From assembly GCF_009914755.1 (NCBI RefSeq), contig NC_060947.1: a DNA stretch of 64,000 nucleotides; one strand, written 5' to 3'. Origin of the DNA: the human T2T-CHM13v2.0 reference genome, Homo sapiens. The notes below the pieces were generated by a model. The model made no database searches. It was given only the letters and a program-made list of their open reading frames with translations, and was not told where the DNA came from. The translations under genes were made by a program, and so were the position numbers. Shown here in pieces: positions 51,801 to 64,000 of the stretch; position 1 is the stretch's first letter; every line of letters starts with the position of its first letter.

Positions 51801-54800
51801 TTTCATAGCTGCTCTTTCAAAAGGAAAGTTCAACTCTGGGAGTTGAATACAAACATCACAAAGTAGTTTCCGAGAATGCTTCTGTTTAGTTCTTATGTGA
51901 AGATGATCCCGTTTCCAGTGAAATCTTCAAAGACGTCCACATATCCCCTTGCAGATTCCAAAGAAAGAGGGTTTCAAAACTGCTCCATCAAAAGGATTGT
52001 TCAACTCTGTGAGTTGAATGCAGTCATCGCAGAAAACTTTCTGAGAATGCTTCTGTCTAGGTTTGATGTGAAGATATAGACGTTTCAAACGAAGGCTACA
52101 AAGTGGTCAAAATATACACTTGCAGATTCTACTACAAGGGTGTTGCAAACCTGAACTATCAAAGGAAGGTTCAACTCTGTGAGTTGAATACAAACATCGC
52201 AAAGAATGCTCTGAGTTTGCTTCCGTTCAGTTATGGGAAGTTGATCCCGTTCCCAACGAAATCCTCAGAGAGGTCCAAATATCCCCTTGCAGATTCTACA
52301 AAACGTGTGTTTGGAAACTGCTCCATCATAACGAATGTTCAGCTCTCTGAGTTAAACTCCATCGTCACAAAGAATTTTCTGAGAGTGCTACCGTCTAGTT
52401 TTTATATGAAGTTCTTTCCTTTACTACCACAGGCCTCAAAGCAGTCCAAATCTCCACTTGCAGATTCTACAAAAAGAGTGTCTGCAAACTGCTCTATCAA
52501 AAGGAATGTTCAACTCTGGGAGTTGAATGCAATCATCACAGAGCAGTTTCTGAGAATGCTTCTATGTCGTTTTTAGGAGAAGATATTTCCTTTTCCAACA
52601 CAGTCCTCCAAGCCCGCTAAATATCCACTTGCACATTGTAGAAAAAGTGTGTCAAAGCTGCGCTATCAAAGGGAAAGTTCAACTCTGTGAGGTGAATGCA
52701 AACATCCCAAAGAAGTTTCGGAGAATGCTTCCGTTTAGCTTTTAGGTGAAGATTATCCCGTTTCCAACGAAATCTTCAAAGAGGTCCAAATATCCCCTTG
52801 CGGATCCCACAGAAAGAGTGTTTCGAAACTGCTGTTTCAAAAGGAATCTTCAACTCTGTGAGTTGAATGCAATCATCACAAAGAAGTTTCTGACAATGCT
52901 TCTCTCTCGTCTTTCTGTGAAGATAAAGGAAAAGGCTTTCAGGCCTTTTCCACCACAGGCCTGAAAGCGCTCCAAATGTCCACTTGCAGATTCTGCCAAA
53001 AGAATATTTCAAAACTGCTCTATGAAAAGCAATGTTAAACTCTGCGGCTCGAACACAAACATCACAAAGCAGTTTCTGAGAATGCTTCAGTTTAGTTTTT
53101 CTGTGGAAATATTCCCGTTTCCAAAGAAATCTTCAAAGAGGTCCACGTATTCACTTACAGATTCTACAAAAAGACAGTTTCAAAACTGCTCAATCAAAAG
53201 GAGGGTTCAACTGTGTGACTTGAATGCAATCATCACTCAGAAGTTTCTGAGAATGCTTCTCTTTAGTTTTTACGTGAACATATACCCGTTTCGAACGAAG
53301 GCCACCCAGTGGTCCAAATATCCACTTGCAGATTCTACAGAAAGAGTGTTTCGAACCTGAACTCTCAAAGGCAGGTTCATCTCTGCGAGTTAAATGCATT
53401 CGTCATGAAGAACTTTCTCAGCGTGTTTGTGTTTAGTTATGGGAAATTATTCCCGTTCCCAACGAATTCCTCAGAGAGGTCCAAATGTCCACCTGCAGAT
53501 TCTACCAAAAGTGTATTTGGAAACTTCTCCATCAACAGGCATGTTCAGCTCTGTGAGTGAAACTCCATCATCACAAAGAATATTCTGAGAATGCTTCCGT
53601 TTGCCTTTTATATGAAGTTCCTTCCTATACGACCGTAGGCCTCAAAGCAGTCCAAATCTCCATTTGCAGATTCTACAAAAAGAGTGATTCCAATCTGCTC
53701 TATCAATAGGATTGTTCAACTCCATGAGTTGAATGCCATCCTCACAAAGTCGTTTCTGAGAATGCTTCTATCTAGTTTTTATGTGAAGATATTTCCTTTT
53801 CCACCACAGGCCTCAAAGCCCTCCAAACGTCCACTTGCAGATTCTCGAAAAAGAGTGTTTCATAGCTGCTCTTTCAAAAGGAAAGTTCAACTCTGGGAGT
53901 TGAATACAAACATCACAAAGTAGTTTCCGAGAATGCTTCTGTTTAGTTCTTATGTGAAGATGATCCCATTTCCAGTGAAATCTTCAAAGACGTCCACATA
54001 TCCCCTTGCAGATTCCAAAGAAAGAGGGTTTCAAAACTGCTCCATCAAAAGGATTGTTCAACTCTGTGAGTTGAATGCAGTCATCGCAGAAAACTTTCTG
54101 AGAATGCTTCTGTCTAGGTTTGATGTGAAGATATAGACGTTTCAAACGAAGGCTACAAAGTGGTCAAAATATACACTTGCAGATTCTACTACAAGGGTGT
54201 TGCAAACCTGAACTATCAAAGGAAGGTTCAACTCTGTGAGTTGAATCCAAACATCGCAAAGAATGCTCTGAGTTTGCTTCCGTTCAGTTATGGGAAGTTG
54301 ATCCCGTTCCCAACGAAATCCTCAGAGAGGTCCAAATATCCCCTTGCAGATTCTACAAAACGTGTGTTTGGAAACTGCTCCATCATAACGAATGTTCAGC
54401 TCTCTGAGTTAAACTCCATCGTCACAAAGAATTTTCTGAGAGTGCTACCATCTAGTTTTTATATGAAGTTCTTTCCTTGACTACCACAGGCCTCAAAGAG
54501 GTCCAAATCTCCACTTGCAGATTCTACAAAAAGAGTGTCTGCAAACTGCTCTATCAAAAGTAATGTTCAACTCTGGGAGTTGAATGCAATCATCACAGAG
54601 CAGTTTCTGAGAATGCTTCTATGTCGTTTTTAGGAGAAGATATTTCCTTTTCCAACAGAGTCCTCCAAGCCCGCTAAATATCCACTTGCACATTGTAGAA
54701 AAAGTGTGTCAAAGCTGCGTAATCAAAGGGAAAGTTCAACTCTGTGAGGTGAATACAAACATCCCAAAGAAGTTTCTGAGAATGCTTCCGTTTAGCTTTT

Positions 54801-55599
54801 AGGTGAAGATTATCCCGTTTCCAACGAAATCTTCAAAGAGGTCCAAATATCCCCTTGCGGATCCCACAGAAAGAGTGTTTCGAAACTGCTGTTTCAAAAG
54901 GAATCTTCAACTCTGTGAGTTGAATGCAATCATCACAAAGAAGTTTCTGACAATGCTTCTCTCTCGTCTTTCTGTGAAGATAAAGGAAAAGTCTTTCAGG
55001 CCTTTTCCACCACAGGCCTGAAAGCGCTCCAAATGTCCACTTGCAGATTCTGCCAAAAGAATATTTCAAAACTGCTCTATGAAAAGCAATGTTAAACTCT
55101 GCGGCTCGAACACAAACATCACAAAGCAGTTTCTGAGAATGCTTCAGTTTAGTTTTTCTGTGGAAATATTCCCGTTTCCAAAGAAATCTTCAAAGAGGTC
55201 CACGTATCCACTTACAGATTCTACAAAAAGACAGTTTCAAAACTGCTCAATCAAAAGGAGGGTTCAACTGTGTGACTTGAATGCAATCATCACTCAGAAG
55301 TTTCTGAGAATGCTTCTCTTTAGTTTTTACATGAACATATACCCGTTTCGAACGAAGGCCACCCAGTGGTCCAAATATCCACTTGCAGATTCTACAGAAA
55401 GAGTGTTTCGAACCTGAACTCTCAAAGGCAGGTTCATCTCTGCGAGTTAAATGCATTCGTCATGAAGAACTTTCCCAGCGTGTTTGTGTTTAGTTATGGG
55501 AAATTATTCCCGTTCCCAACGAAATCCTCAGAGAGGTCCAAATGTCCATCTGCAGATTCTACCAAAAGTGTATTTGGAAACTGCTCCATCAACAGGCAT

Positions 55600-58500
55600 G
55601 TTCAGCTCTGTGAGTGAAACTCCATCATCACAAAGAATATTCTGAGAATGCTTCCGTTTGCCTTTTATATGAAGTTCCTTCCTATACGACCGTAGGCCTC
55701 AAAGCAGTCCAAATCTCCATTTGCAGATTCTACAAAAAGAGTGATTCCAATCTGCTCTATCAATAGGATTGTTCAACTCCATGAGTTGAATGCCATCCTC
55801 ACAAAGTCGTTTCTGAGAATGCTTCTATCTAGTTTTTATGTGAAGATATTTCCTTTTCCACCACAGGCCTCAAAGCCCTCCAAACGTCCACTTGCAGATT
55901 CTCGAAAAAGAGTGTTTCATAGCTGCTCTTTCAAAAGGAAAGTTCAACTCTGGGAGTTGAATACAAACATCACAAAGTAGTTTCCGAGAATGCTTCTGTT
56001 TAGTTTTTATGTGAAGATGATCCCGTTTCCAGTGAAATCTTCAAAGAGGTCCACATATCCCCTTGCAGATTCCAAAGAAAGAGGGTTTCAAAACTGCTCC
56101 ATCAAAAGGATTGTTCAACTCTGTGAGTTGAATGCAGTCATCGCAGAAAACTTTCTGAGAATGCTTCTGTCTAGGTTTGATGTGAAGATATAGACGTTTC
56201 AAACGAAGGCTACAAAGTGGTCAAAATATACACTTGCAGATTGTACTACAAGGGTGTTGCAAACCTGAACTATCAAAGGAAGGTTCAACTCTGTGGGTTG
56301 AATACAAACATCGCAAAGAATGTTCTGAGTTTGCTTCCGTTCAGTTATGGGAAGTTGATCCCGTTCCCAATGAAATCCTCAGAGAGGTCCAAATATCCCC
56401 TTGCAGATTCTACAAAACGTGTGTTTGGAAACTGCTCCATCATAACGAATGTTCAGCTCTCTGAGTTAAACTCCATCGTCACAAAGAATTTTCTGAGAGT
56501 GCTACCGTCTAGGTTTTATATGAAGTTCTTTCCTTTACTACCACAGGCCTCAAAGCGGTCCAAATCTCCACTTGCAGATCCTACAAAAAGAGTGTCTGCA
56601 AACTGCTCTATCAAAAGGAATGTTCAACTCTGGGAGTTGAATGCAATCATCACAGAGCAGTTTCTGAGAATGCTTCTATGTCGTTTTTAGGAGAAGATAT
56701 TTCCTTTTCCAACACAGTCCTCCAAGCCCGCTAAATATCCACTTGCACATTGTAGAAAAAGTGTGTCGAAGCTGCGCTATCAAAGGGAAAGTTCAACTCT
56801 GTGAGGTGAATGCAAACATCCCAAAGAAGTTTCGGAGAATGCTTCCGTTTAGCTTTTAGGTGAAGATTATCCCGTTTCCAACGAAAGCTTCAAAGAGGTC
56901 CAAATATCCCCTTGCGGATCCCACAGAAAGAGTGTTTCGAAACTGCTGTTTCAAAAGGAATCTTCAACTCTGTGAGTTGAATGCAATCATCACAAAGAAG
57001 TTTCTGACAATGCTTCTCTCTCGTCTTTCTGTGAAGATAAAGGAAAAGGCTTTCAGGCCTTTTCCACCACAGGCCTGAAAGCGCTCCAAATGTCCACTTG
57101 CAGATTCTGCCAAAAGAATATTTCAAAACTGCTCTATGAAAAGCAATGTTAAACTCTGCGGCTCGAACACAAACATCACAAAGCAGTTTCTGAGAATGCT
57201 TCAGTTTAGTTTTTCTGTGGAAATATTCCCGTTTCCAAAGAAATCTTCAAAGAGGTCCACGTATCCACTTACAGATTCTACAAAAAGACAGTTTCAAAAC
57301 TGCTCAATCAAAAGGAGGGTTCAACTGTGTGACTTGAATGCAATCATCACTCAGAAGTTTCTGAGAATGCTTCTCTTTAGTTTTTACGTGAACATATACC
57401 CGTTTCGAACGAAGGCCACCCAGTGGTCCAAATATCCACTTGCAGATTCTACAGAAAGAGTGTTTCGAACCTGAACTCTCAAAGGCAGGTTCATCTCTGC
57501 GAGTTAAATGCATTCATCATGAAGAACTTTCTCAGAGTGTTTGTGTTTAGTTATGGGAAATTATTCCCGTTCCCAACGAAATCCTCAGAGAGGTCCAAAT
57601 GTCCACCTGCAGATTCTACCAAAAGTGTATTTGGAAACTGCTCCATCAACAGGCATGTTCAGCTCTGTGAGTGAAACTCCATCATCACAAAGAATATTCT
57701 GAGAATGCTTCCGTTTGCCTTTTATATGAAGTTCCTTCCTATACGACCGTAGGCCTCAAAGCAGTCCAAATCTCCATTTGCAGATTCTACAAAAAGAGTG
57801 ATTCCAATCTGCTCTATCAATAGGATTGTTCAACTCCATGAGTTGAATGCCATCCTCACAAAGTCGTTTCTGAGAATGCTTCTATCTAGTTTTTATGTGA
57901 AGATATTTCCTTTTCCACCACAGGCCTCAAAGCCCTCCAAACGTCCACTTGCAGATTCTCGAAAAAGAGTGTTTCATAGCTGCTCTTTCAAAAGGAAAGT
58001 TCAACTCTGGGAGTTGAATACAAACATCACAAAGTAGTTTCCGAGAATGCTTCTGTTTAGTTCTTATGTGAAGATGATCCCGTTTCCAGTGAAATCTTCA
58101 AAGAGGTCCACATATCCCCTTGAAGATTCCAAAGAAAGAGGGTTTCAAAACTGCTCCATCAAAAGGATTGTTCAACTCTGTGAGTTGAATGCAGTCATCA
58201 CAGAAAACTTTCTGAGAATGCTTCTGTCTAGGTTTGATGTGAAGATATAGACGTTTCAAACGAAGGATAAAAAGTGGTCAAAATATTCACTTGCAGATTC
58301 TACTACAAGGGTGTTGCAAACCTGAACTATCAAAGGAAGGTTCAACTCTGTGAGTTGAATACAAACATCACAAAGAATGTTCTGAGTTTGCTTCCGTTCA
58401 GTTATGGGAAGTTGATCCCGTTCCCAACGAAATCCTCAGAGAGGTCCAAATATCCCCTTGCAGATTCTACAAAACGTGTGTTTGGAAACTGCTCCATCAT

Positions 58501-61500
58501 AAGGAATGTTCAGCTCTCTGAGTTAAACTCCATCGTCACAAAGAATTTTCTGAGAGTGCTACCGTCTAGTTTTTATATGAAGTTCTTTCCTTTACTACCA
58601 CAGGCCTCAAAGCGGTCCAAATCTCCACTTGCAGATTCTACAAAAAGAGTGTCTGCAAACTGCTCTATCAAAAGGAATGTTCAACTCTGGGAGTTGAATG
58701 CAATCATCACAGAGCAGTTTCTGAGAAGGCTTCTATGTCGTTTTTAGGAAAAGATATTTCCTTTTCCAACACAGTCCTCCAAGCCCGCTAAATATCCACT
58801 TGCACATTGTAGAAAAAGTGTGTCAAAGCTGCGCTATCAAAGGGAAAGTTCAACTCTGTCAGGTGAATGCGAACATCCCAAAGAAGTTTCTGAGAATGCT
58901 TCCGTTTAGCTTTTAGGTGAAGATTATCCCGTTTCCAACGAAACCTTCAAAGAGGTCCAAATATCCCCTTGCGGATCCCACAGAAAGAGTGTTTCGAAAC
59001 TGCTGTTTCAAAAGGAATCTTCAACTCTGTGAGTTGAATGCAATCATCACAAAGAAGTTTCTGACAATGCTTCTCTCTCGTCTTTCTGTGAAGATAAAGG
59101 AAAAGGCTTTCAGGCCTTTTCCACCACAGGCCTGAAAGCGCTCCAAATGTCCACTTGCAGATTCTGCCAAAAGAATATTTCAAAACTGCTCTATGAAAAG
59201 CAATGTTAAACTCTGCGGCTCGAACACAAACATCACAAAGCAGTTTCTGAGAATGCTTCAGTTTAGTTTTTCTGTGGAAATATTCCCGTTTCCAAAGAAA
59301 TCTTCAAAGAGGTCCACGTATCCACTTACAGATTCTACAAAAAGACAGTTTCAAAACTGCTCAATCAAAAGGAGGGTTCAACTGTGTGACTTGAATGCAA
59401 TCATCACTCAGAAGTTTCTGAGAATGCTTCTCTTTAGTTTTTACGTGAACATATACCCGTTTCGAACGAAGGCCACCCAGTGGTCCAAATATCCACTTGC
59501 AGATTCTACAGAAAGAGTGTTTCGAACCTGAACTCTCAAAGGCAGGTTCATCTCTGCGAGTTAAATGCATTCGTCATGAAGAACTTTCTCAGCGTGTTTG
59601 TGTTTAGTTATGGGAAATTATTCCCGTTCCCAACGAAATCCTCAGAGAGGTCCAAATGTCCACCTGCAGATTCTACCAAAAGTGTATTTGGAAACTGCTC
59701 CATCAACAGGAATGTTCAGCTCTGTGAGTGAAACTCCATCATCACAAAGAATATTCTGAGAATGCTTCCGTTTGCCTTTTATATGAAGTTCCTTCCTATA
59801 CGACCGTAGGCCTCAAAGCAGTCCAAATCTCCATTTGCAGATTCTACAAAAAGAGTGATTCCAATCTGCTCTATCAATAGGATTGTTCAACTCCATGAGT
59901 TGAATGCCATCCTCACAAAGTCGTTTCTGAGAATGCTTCTATCTAGTTTTTATGTGAAGATATTTCCTTTTCCACCACAGGCCTCAAAGCCCTCCAAACG
60001 TCCACTTGCAGATTCTCGAAAAAGAGTGTTTCATAGCTGCTCTTTCAAAAGGAAAGTTCAACTCTGGGAGTTGAATACAAACATCACAAAGTAGTTTCCG
60101 AGAATGCTTCTGTTTAGTTTTTATGTGAAGATGATCCCGTTTCCAGTGAAATCTTCAAAGAGGTCCACATATCCCCTTGCAGATTCCAAAGAAAGAGGGT
60201 TTCAAAACTGCTCCATCAAAAGGATTGTTCAACTCTGTGAGTTGAATGCAGTCATCGCAGAAAACTTTCTGAGAATGCTTCTGTCTAGGTTTGATGTGAA
60301 GATATAGACGTTTCAAACGAAGGCTACAAAGTGGTCAAAATATACACTTGCAGATTGTACTACAAGGGTGTTGCAAACCTGAACTATCAAAGGAAGGTTC
60401 AACTCTGTGGGTTGAATACAAACATCGCAAAGAATGTTCTGAGTTTGCTTCCGTTCAGTTATGGGAAGTTGATCCCGTTCCCAATGAAATCCTCAGAGAG
60501 GTCCAAATATCCCCTTGCAGATTCTACAAAACGTGTGTTTGGAAACTGCTCCATCATAACGAATGTTCAGCTCTCTGAGTTAAACTCCATCGTCACAAAG
60601 AATTTTCTGAGAGTGCTACCGTCTAGGTTTTATATGAAGTTCTTTCCTTTACTACCACAGGCCTCAAAGCGGTCCAAATCTCCACTTGCAGATCCTACAA
60701 AAAGAGTGTCTGCAAACTGCTCTATCAAAAGGAATGTTCAACTCTGGGAGTTGAATGCAATCATCACAGAGCAGTTTCTGAGAATGCTTCTATGTCGTTT
60801 TTAGGAGAAGATATTTCCTTTTCCAACACAGTCCTCCAAGCCCGCTAAATATCCACTTGCACATTGTAGAAAAAGTGTGTCGAAGCTGCGCTATCAAAGG
60901 GAAAGTTCAACTCTGTGAGGTGAATGCAAACATCCCAAAGAAGTTTCTGAGAATGCTTCCGTTTAGCTTTTAGGTGAAGATTATCCCGTTTCCAACGAAA
61001 GCTTCAAAGAGGTCCAAATATCCCCTTGCGGATCCCACAGAAAGAGTGTTTCGAAACTGCTGTTTCAAAAGGAATCTTCAACTCTGTGAGTTGAATGCAA
61101 TCATCACAAAGAAGTTTCTGACAATGCTTCTCTCTCGTCTTTCTGTGAAGATAAAGGAAAAGTCTTTCAGGCCTTTTCCACCACAGGCCTGAAAGCGCTC
61201 CAAATGTCCACTTGCAGATTCTGCCAAAAGAATATTTCAAAACTGCTCTATGAAAAGCAATGTTAAACTCTGCGGCTCGAACACAAACATCACAAAGCAG
61301 TTTCTGAGAATGCTTCAGTTTAGTTTTTCTGTGGAAATATTCCCGTTTCCAAAGAAATCTTCAAAGAGGTCCACGTATCCACTTACAGATTCTACAAAAA
61401 GACAGTTTCAAAACTGCTCAATCAAAAGGAGGGTTCAACTGTGTGACTTGAATGCAATCATCACTCAGAAGTTTCTGAGAATGCTTCTCTTTAGTTTTTA

Positions 61501-63470
61501 CGTGAACATATACCCGTTTCGAACGAAGGCCACCCAGTGGTCCAAATATCCACTTGCAGATTCTACAGAAAGAGTGTTTCGAACCTGAACTCTCAAAGGC
61601 AGGTTCATCTCTGCGAGTTAAATGCATTCATCATGAAGAACTTTCTCAGAGTGTTTGTGTTTAGTTATGGGAAATTATTCCCGTTCCCAACGAAATCCTC
61701 AGAGAGGTCCAAATGTCCACCTGCAGATTCTACCAAAAGTGTATTTGGAAACTGCTCCATCAACAGGCATGTTCAGCTCTGTGAGTGAAACTCCATCATC
61801 ACAAAGAATATTCTGAGAATGCTTCCGTTTGCCTTTTATATGAAGTTCCTTCCTATACGACCGTAGGCCTCAAAGCAGTCCAAATCTCCATTTGCAGATT
61901 CTACAAAAAGAGTGATTCCAATCTGCTCTATCAATAGGATTGTTCAACTCCATGAGTTGAATGCCATCCTCACAAAGTCGTTTCTGAGAATGCTTCTATC
62001 TAGTTTTTATGTGAAGATATTTCCTTTTCCACCACAGGCCTCAAAGCCCTCCAAACGTCCACTTGCAGATTCTCGAAAAAGAGTGTTTCATAGCTGCTCT
62101 TTCAAAAGGAAAGTTCAACTCTGGGAGTTGAATACAAACATCACAAAGTAGTTTCCGAGAATGCTTCTGTTTAGTTCTTATGTGAAGATGATCCCGTTTC
62201 CAGTGAAATCTTCAAAGAGGTCCACATATCCCCTTGCAGATTCCAAAGAAAGAGGGTTTCAAACCTGCTCCATCAAAAGGATTGTTCAACTCTGTGAGTT
62301 GAATGCAGTCATCACAGAAAACTTTCTGAGAATGCTTCTGTCTAGGTTTGATGTGAAGATATAGACGTTTCAAACGAAGGATAAAAAGTGGTCAAAATAT
62401 TCACTTGCAGATTCTACTACAAGGGTGTTGCAAACCTGAACTATCAAAGGAAGGTTCAACTCTGTGAGTTGAATACAAACATCACAAAGAATGTTCTGAG
62501 TTTGCTTCCGTTCAGTTATGGGAAGTTGATCCCGTTCCCAACGAAATCCTCAGAGAGGTCCAAATATCCCCTTGCAGATTCTACAAAACGTGTGTTTGGA
62601 AACTGCTCCATCATAAGGAATGTTCAGCTCTCTGAGTTAAACTCCATCGTCACAAAGAATTTTCTGAGAGTGCTACCGTCTAGTTTTTATATGAAGTTCT
62701 TTCCTTTACTACCACAGGCCTCAAAGCGGTCCAAATCTCCACTTGCAGATTCTACAAAAAGAGTGTCTGCAAACTGCTCTATCAAAAGGAATGTTCAACT
62801 CTGGGAGTTGAATGCAATCATCACAGAGCAGTTTCTGAGAAGGCTTCTATGTCGTTTTTAGGAAAAGATATTTCCTTTTCCAACACAGTCCTCCAAGCCC
62901 GCTAAATATCCACTTGCACATTGTAGAAAAAGTGTGTCAAAGCTGCGCTATCAAAGGGAAAGTTCAACTCTGTCAGGTGAATGCAAACATCCCAAAGAAG
63001 TTTCTGAGAATGCTTCCGTTTAGCTTTTAGGTGAAGATTATCCCGTTTCCAACGAAACCTTCAAAGAGGTCCAAATATCCCCTTGCGGATCCCACAGAAA
63101 GAGTGTTTCGAAACTGCTGTTTCAAAAGGAATCTTCAACTCTGTGAGTTGAATGCAATCATCACAAAGAAGTTTCTGACAATGCTTCTCTCTCGTCTTTC
63201 TGTGAAGATAAAGGAAAAGGCTTTCAGGCCTTTTCCACCACAGGCCTGAAAGCGCTCCAAATGTCCACTTGCAGATTCTGCCAAAAGAATATTTCAAAAC
63301 TGCTCTATGAAAAGCAATGTTAAACTCTGCGGCTCGAACACAAACATCACAAAGCAGTTTCTGAGAATGCTTCAGTTTAGTTTTTCTGTGGAAATATTCC
63401 CGTTTCCAAAGAAATCTTCAAAGAGGTCCACGTATCCACTTACAGATTCTACAAAAAGACAGTTTCAAAA
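55600..63470. repeat. Imperfect tandem duplication of a 2-HOR block (period 4114 bp)
   Basis: 'cccaatgaaa' ~56366/60480, 'aaggataaaaag...atattcac' ~58263/62377, 'cataaggaat' ~58498/62612 and 'ctgtcagg' ~58856/62970 are shared. A few mismatches remain (56834/60948, 57049/61163, 58123/62237). Confidence 0.85.
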
Positions 63471-63690
63471 CTGCTCCATCAAAAGGAGGGTTCAACTGTG
63501 TGACTTGAATGCAATCATCACTCAGAAGTTTCTGAGAATGCTTCTCTTTAGTTTTTACGTGAACATATACCCGTTTCGAACGAAGGCCACCCAGTGGTCC
63601 AAATATCCACTTGCAGATTCTACAGAAAGAGTGTTTCGAACCTGAACTCTCAAAGGCAGGTTCATCTCTGCGAGTTAAATGCATTCATCA

Positions 63691-63702
63691 TGAAGAATTT
63701 CT
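63691..63702. other. 1-bp deletion (gaagaacttt to gaagaattt)
   Basis: A C is missing after 63697. The ORF track shows the frameshift (63594..63872), and the next HOR anchor falls at 63968 rather than 63969. Confidence 0.85.
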
Positions 63703-64000
63703 CAGAGTGTTTGTGTTTAGTTATGGGAAATTATTCCCGTTTCCAACGAAATCCTCAGAGAGCTCCAAATATCCACCTGCAGATTCTACCAAAAGTGTAT
63801 TTGGAAACTGCTCCATCAAAAGGCATGTTCAGCTCTGTGAGTGAAACTCCATCATCACAAAGAATATTCTGAGAATGCTTCCGTTTGCCTTTTATATGAA
63901 CTTCCTTCCTGTACTACCGTAGGCCTCAAAGCAGTCCAAATCTCCATTTGCAGATTCTACAAAAAGAGTGATTCCAATCTGCTCTATCAATAGGATTGTT

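Larger units (their letters stand above)
1..64000 (-). repeat. DXZ1: Centromeric alpha-satellite HOR array, 12-mer/2057-bp unit, about 31.1 copies (DXZ1, human X centromere type)
   Basis: The monomer motifs 'ttctgagaatgctt', 'cttgcagattcta' and 'gttcaactctgtgagttgaatgc' recur every ~171 bp. Equivalent positions recur every 2057 bp (231, 2288, 4345, 6402 ... 61912), shifted only by one 27-bp and three 1-bp deletions. There is one BamHI GGATCC per unit (e.g. 1406-1411), consistent with the classical 2.0-kb BamHI repeat of DXZ1. Strand is given as the one on which CENP-B boxes read TTCG...CGGG. Confidence 0.97.

Noticed and set aside
231-63872. Hundreds of 63-157 aa ORFs repeating every 2057 bp on both strands
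   Set aside because: They are translations of the satellite: the 171-bp monomer is a multiple of 3, so motifs like 'YPLADSTKRVF' recur. Many start at GTG/TTG, stops and frameshifts appear freely between copies, and I recognise no protein domain.
1-64000. CRISPR-like regular repeat/spacer appearance of the conserved monomer motifs
   Set aside because: The intervening sequences are homologous monomer bodies repeated every HOR, not unique spacers. There are no cas genes, and this is primate satellite DNA.
1-64000. Transposon insertion, inversion or monomer-number HOR variants
   Set aside because: The HOR phase is accounted for throughout by 2057-bp steps minus 27, 1, 1 and 1 bp, leaving no room for insertions or monomer deletions, and the orientation never changes.

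Overview
The whole 64 kb window is one uninterrupted, single-orientation alpha-satellite array: ~171-bp monomers organised as a 12-monomer, 2057-bp higher-order repeat (HOR), about 31.1 copies. The 2057-bp period, one BamHI site per HOR, the pentameric (suprachromosomal family 3) 5+5+2 monomer layout and one enlarged ~186-bp monomer match the human X centromeric array DXZ1. I see no genes, RNA genes, transposons or inversions; the listed ORFs are by-products of the repeat. The informative signal is in the variation between HOR copies. (1) Two HOR haplotype domains are arranged A-B-A-(B), and haplotype A has lost an essential base in two of the four CENP-B boxes that are intact in B. (2) There are nested recent expansions: a 3-HOR 6171-bp tandem duplication, a near-identical HOR triplet, and 2-HOR periodicities. 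(3) A 15-bp insertion fixed in every HOR creates two overlapping inverted repeats, and the only multi-base deletion (27 bp) plus several SNVs fall on them. (4) There are local SNV clusters. All comparisons were made by eye and from the ORF track, not by computed alignment. I found no evidence for a novel protein-coding system.
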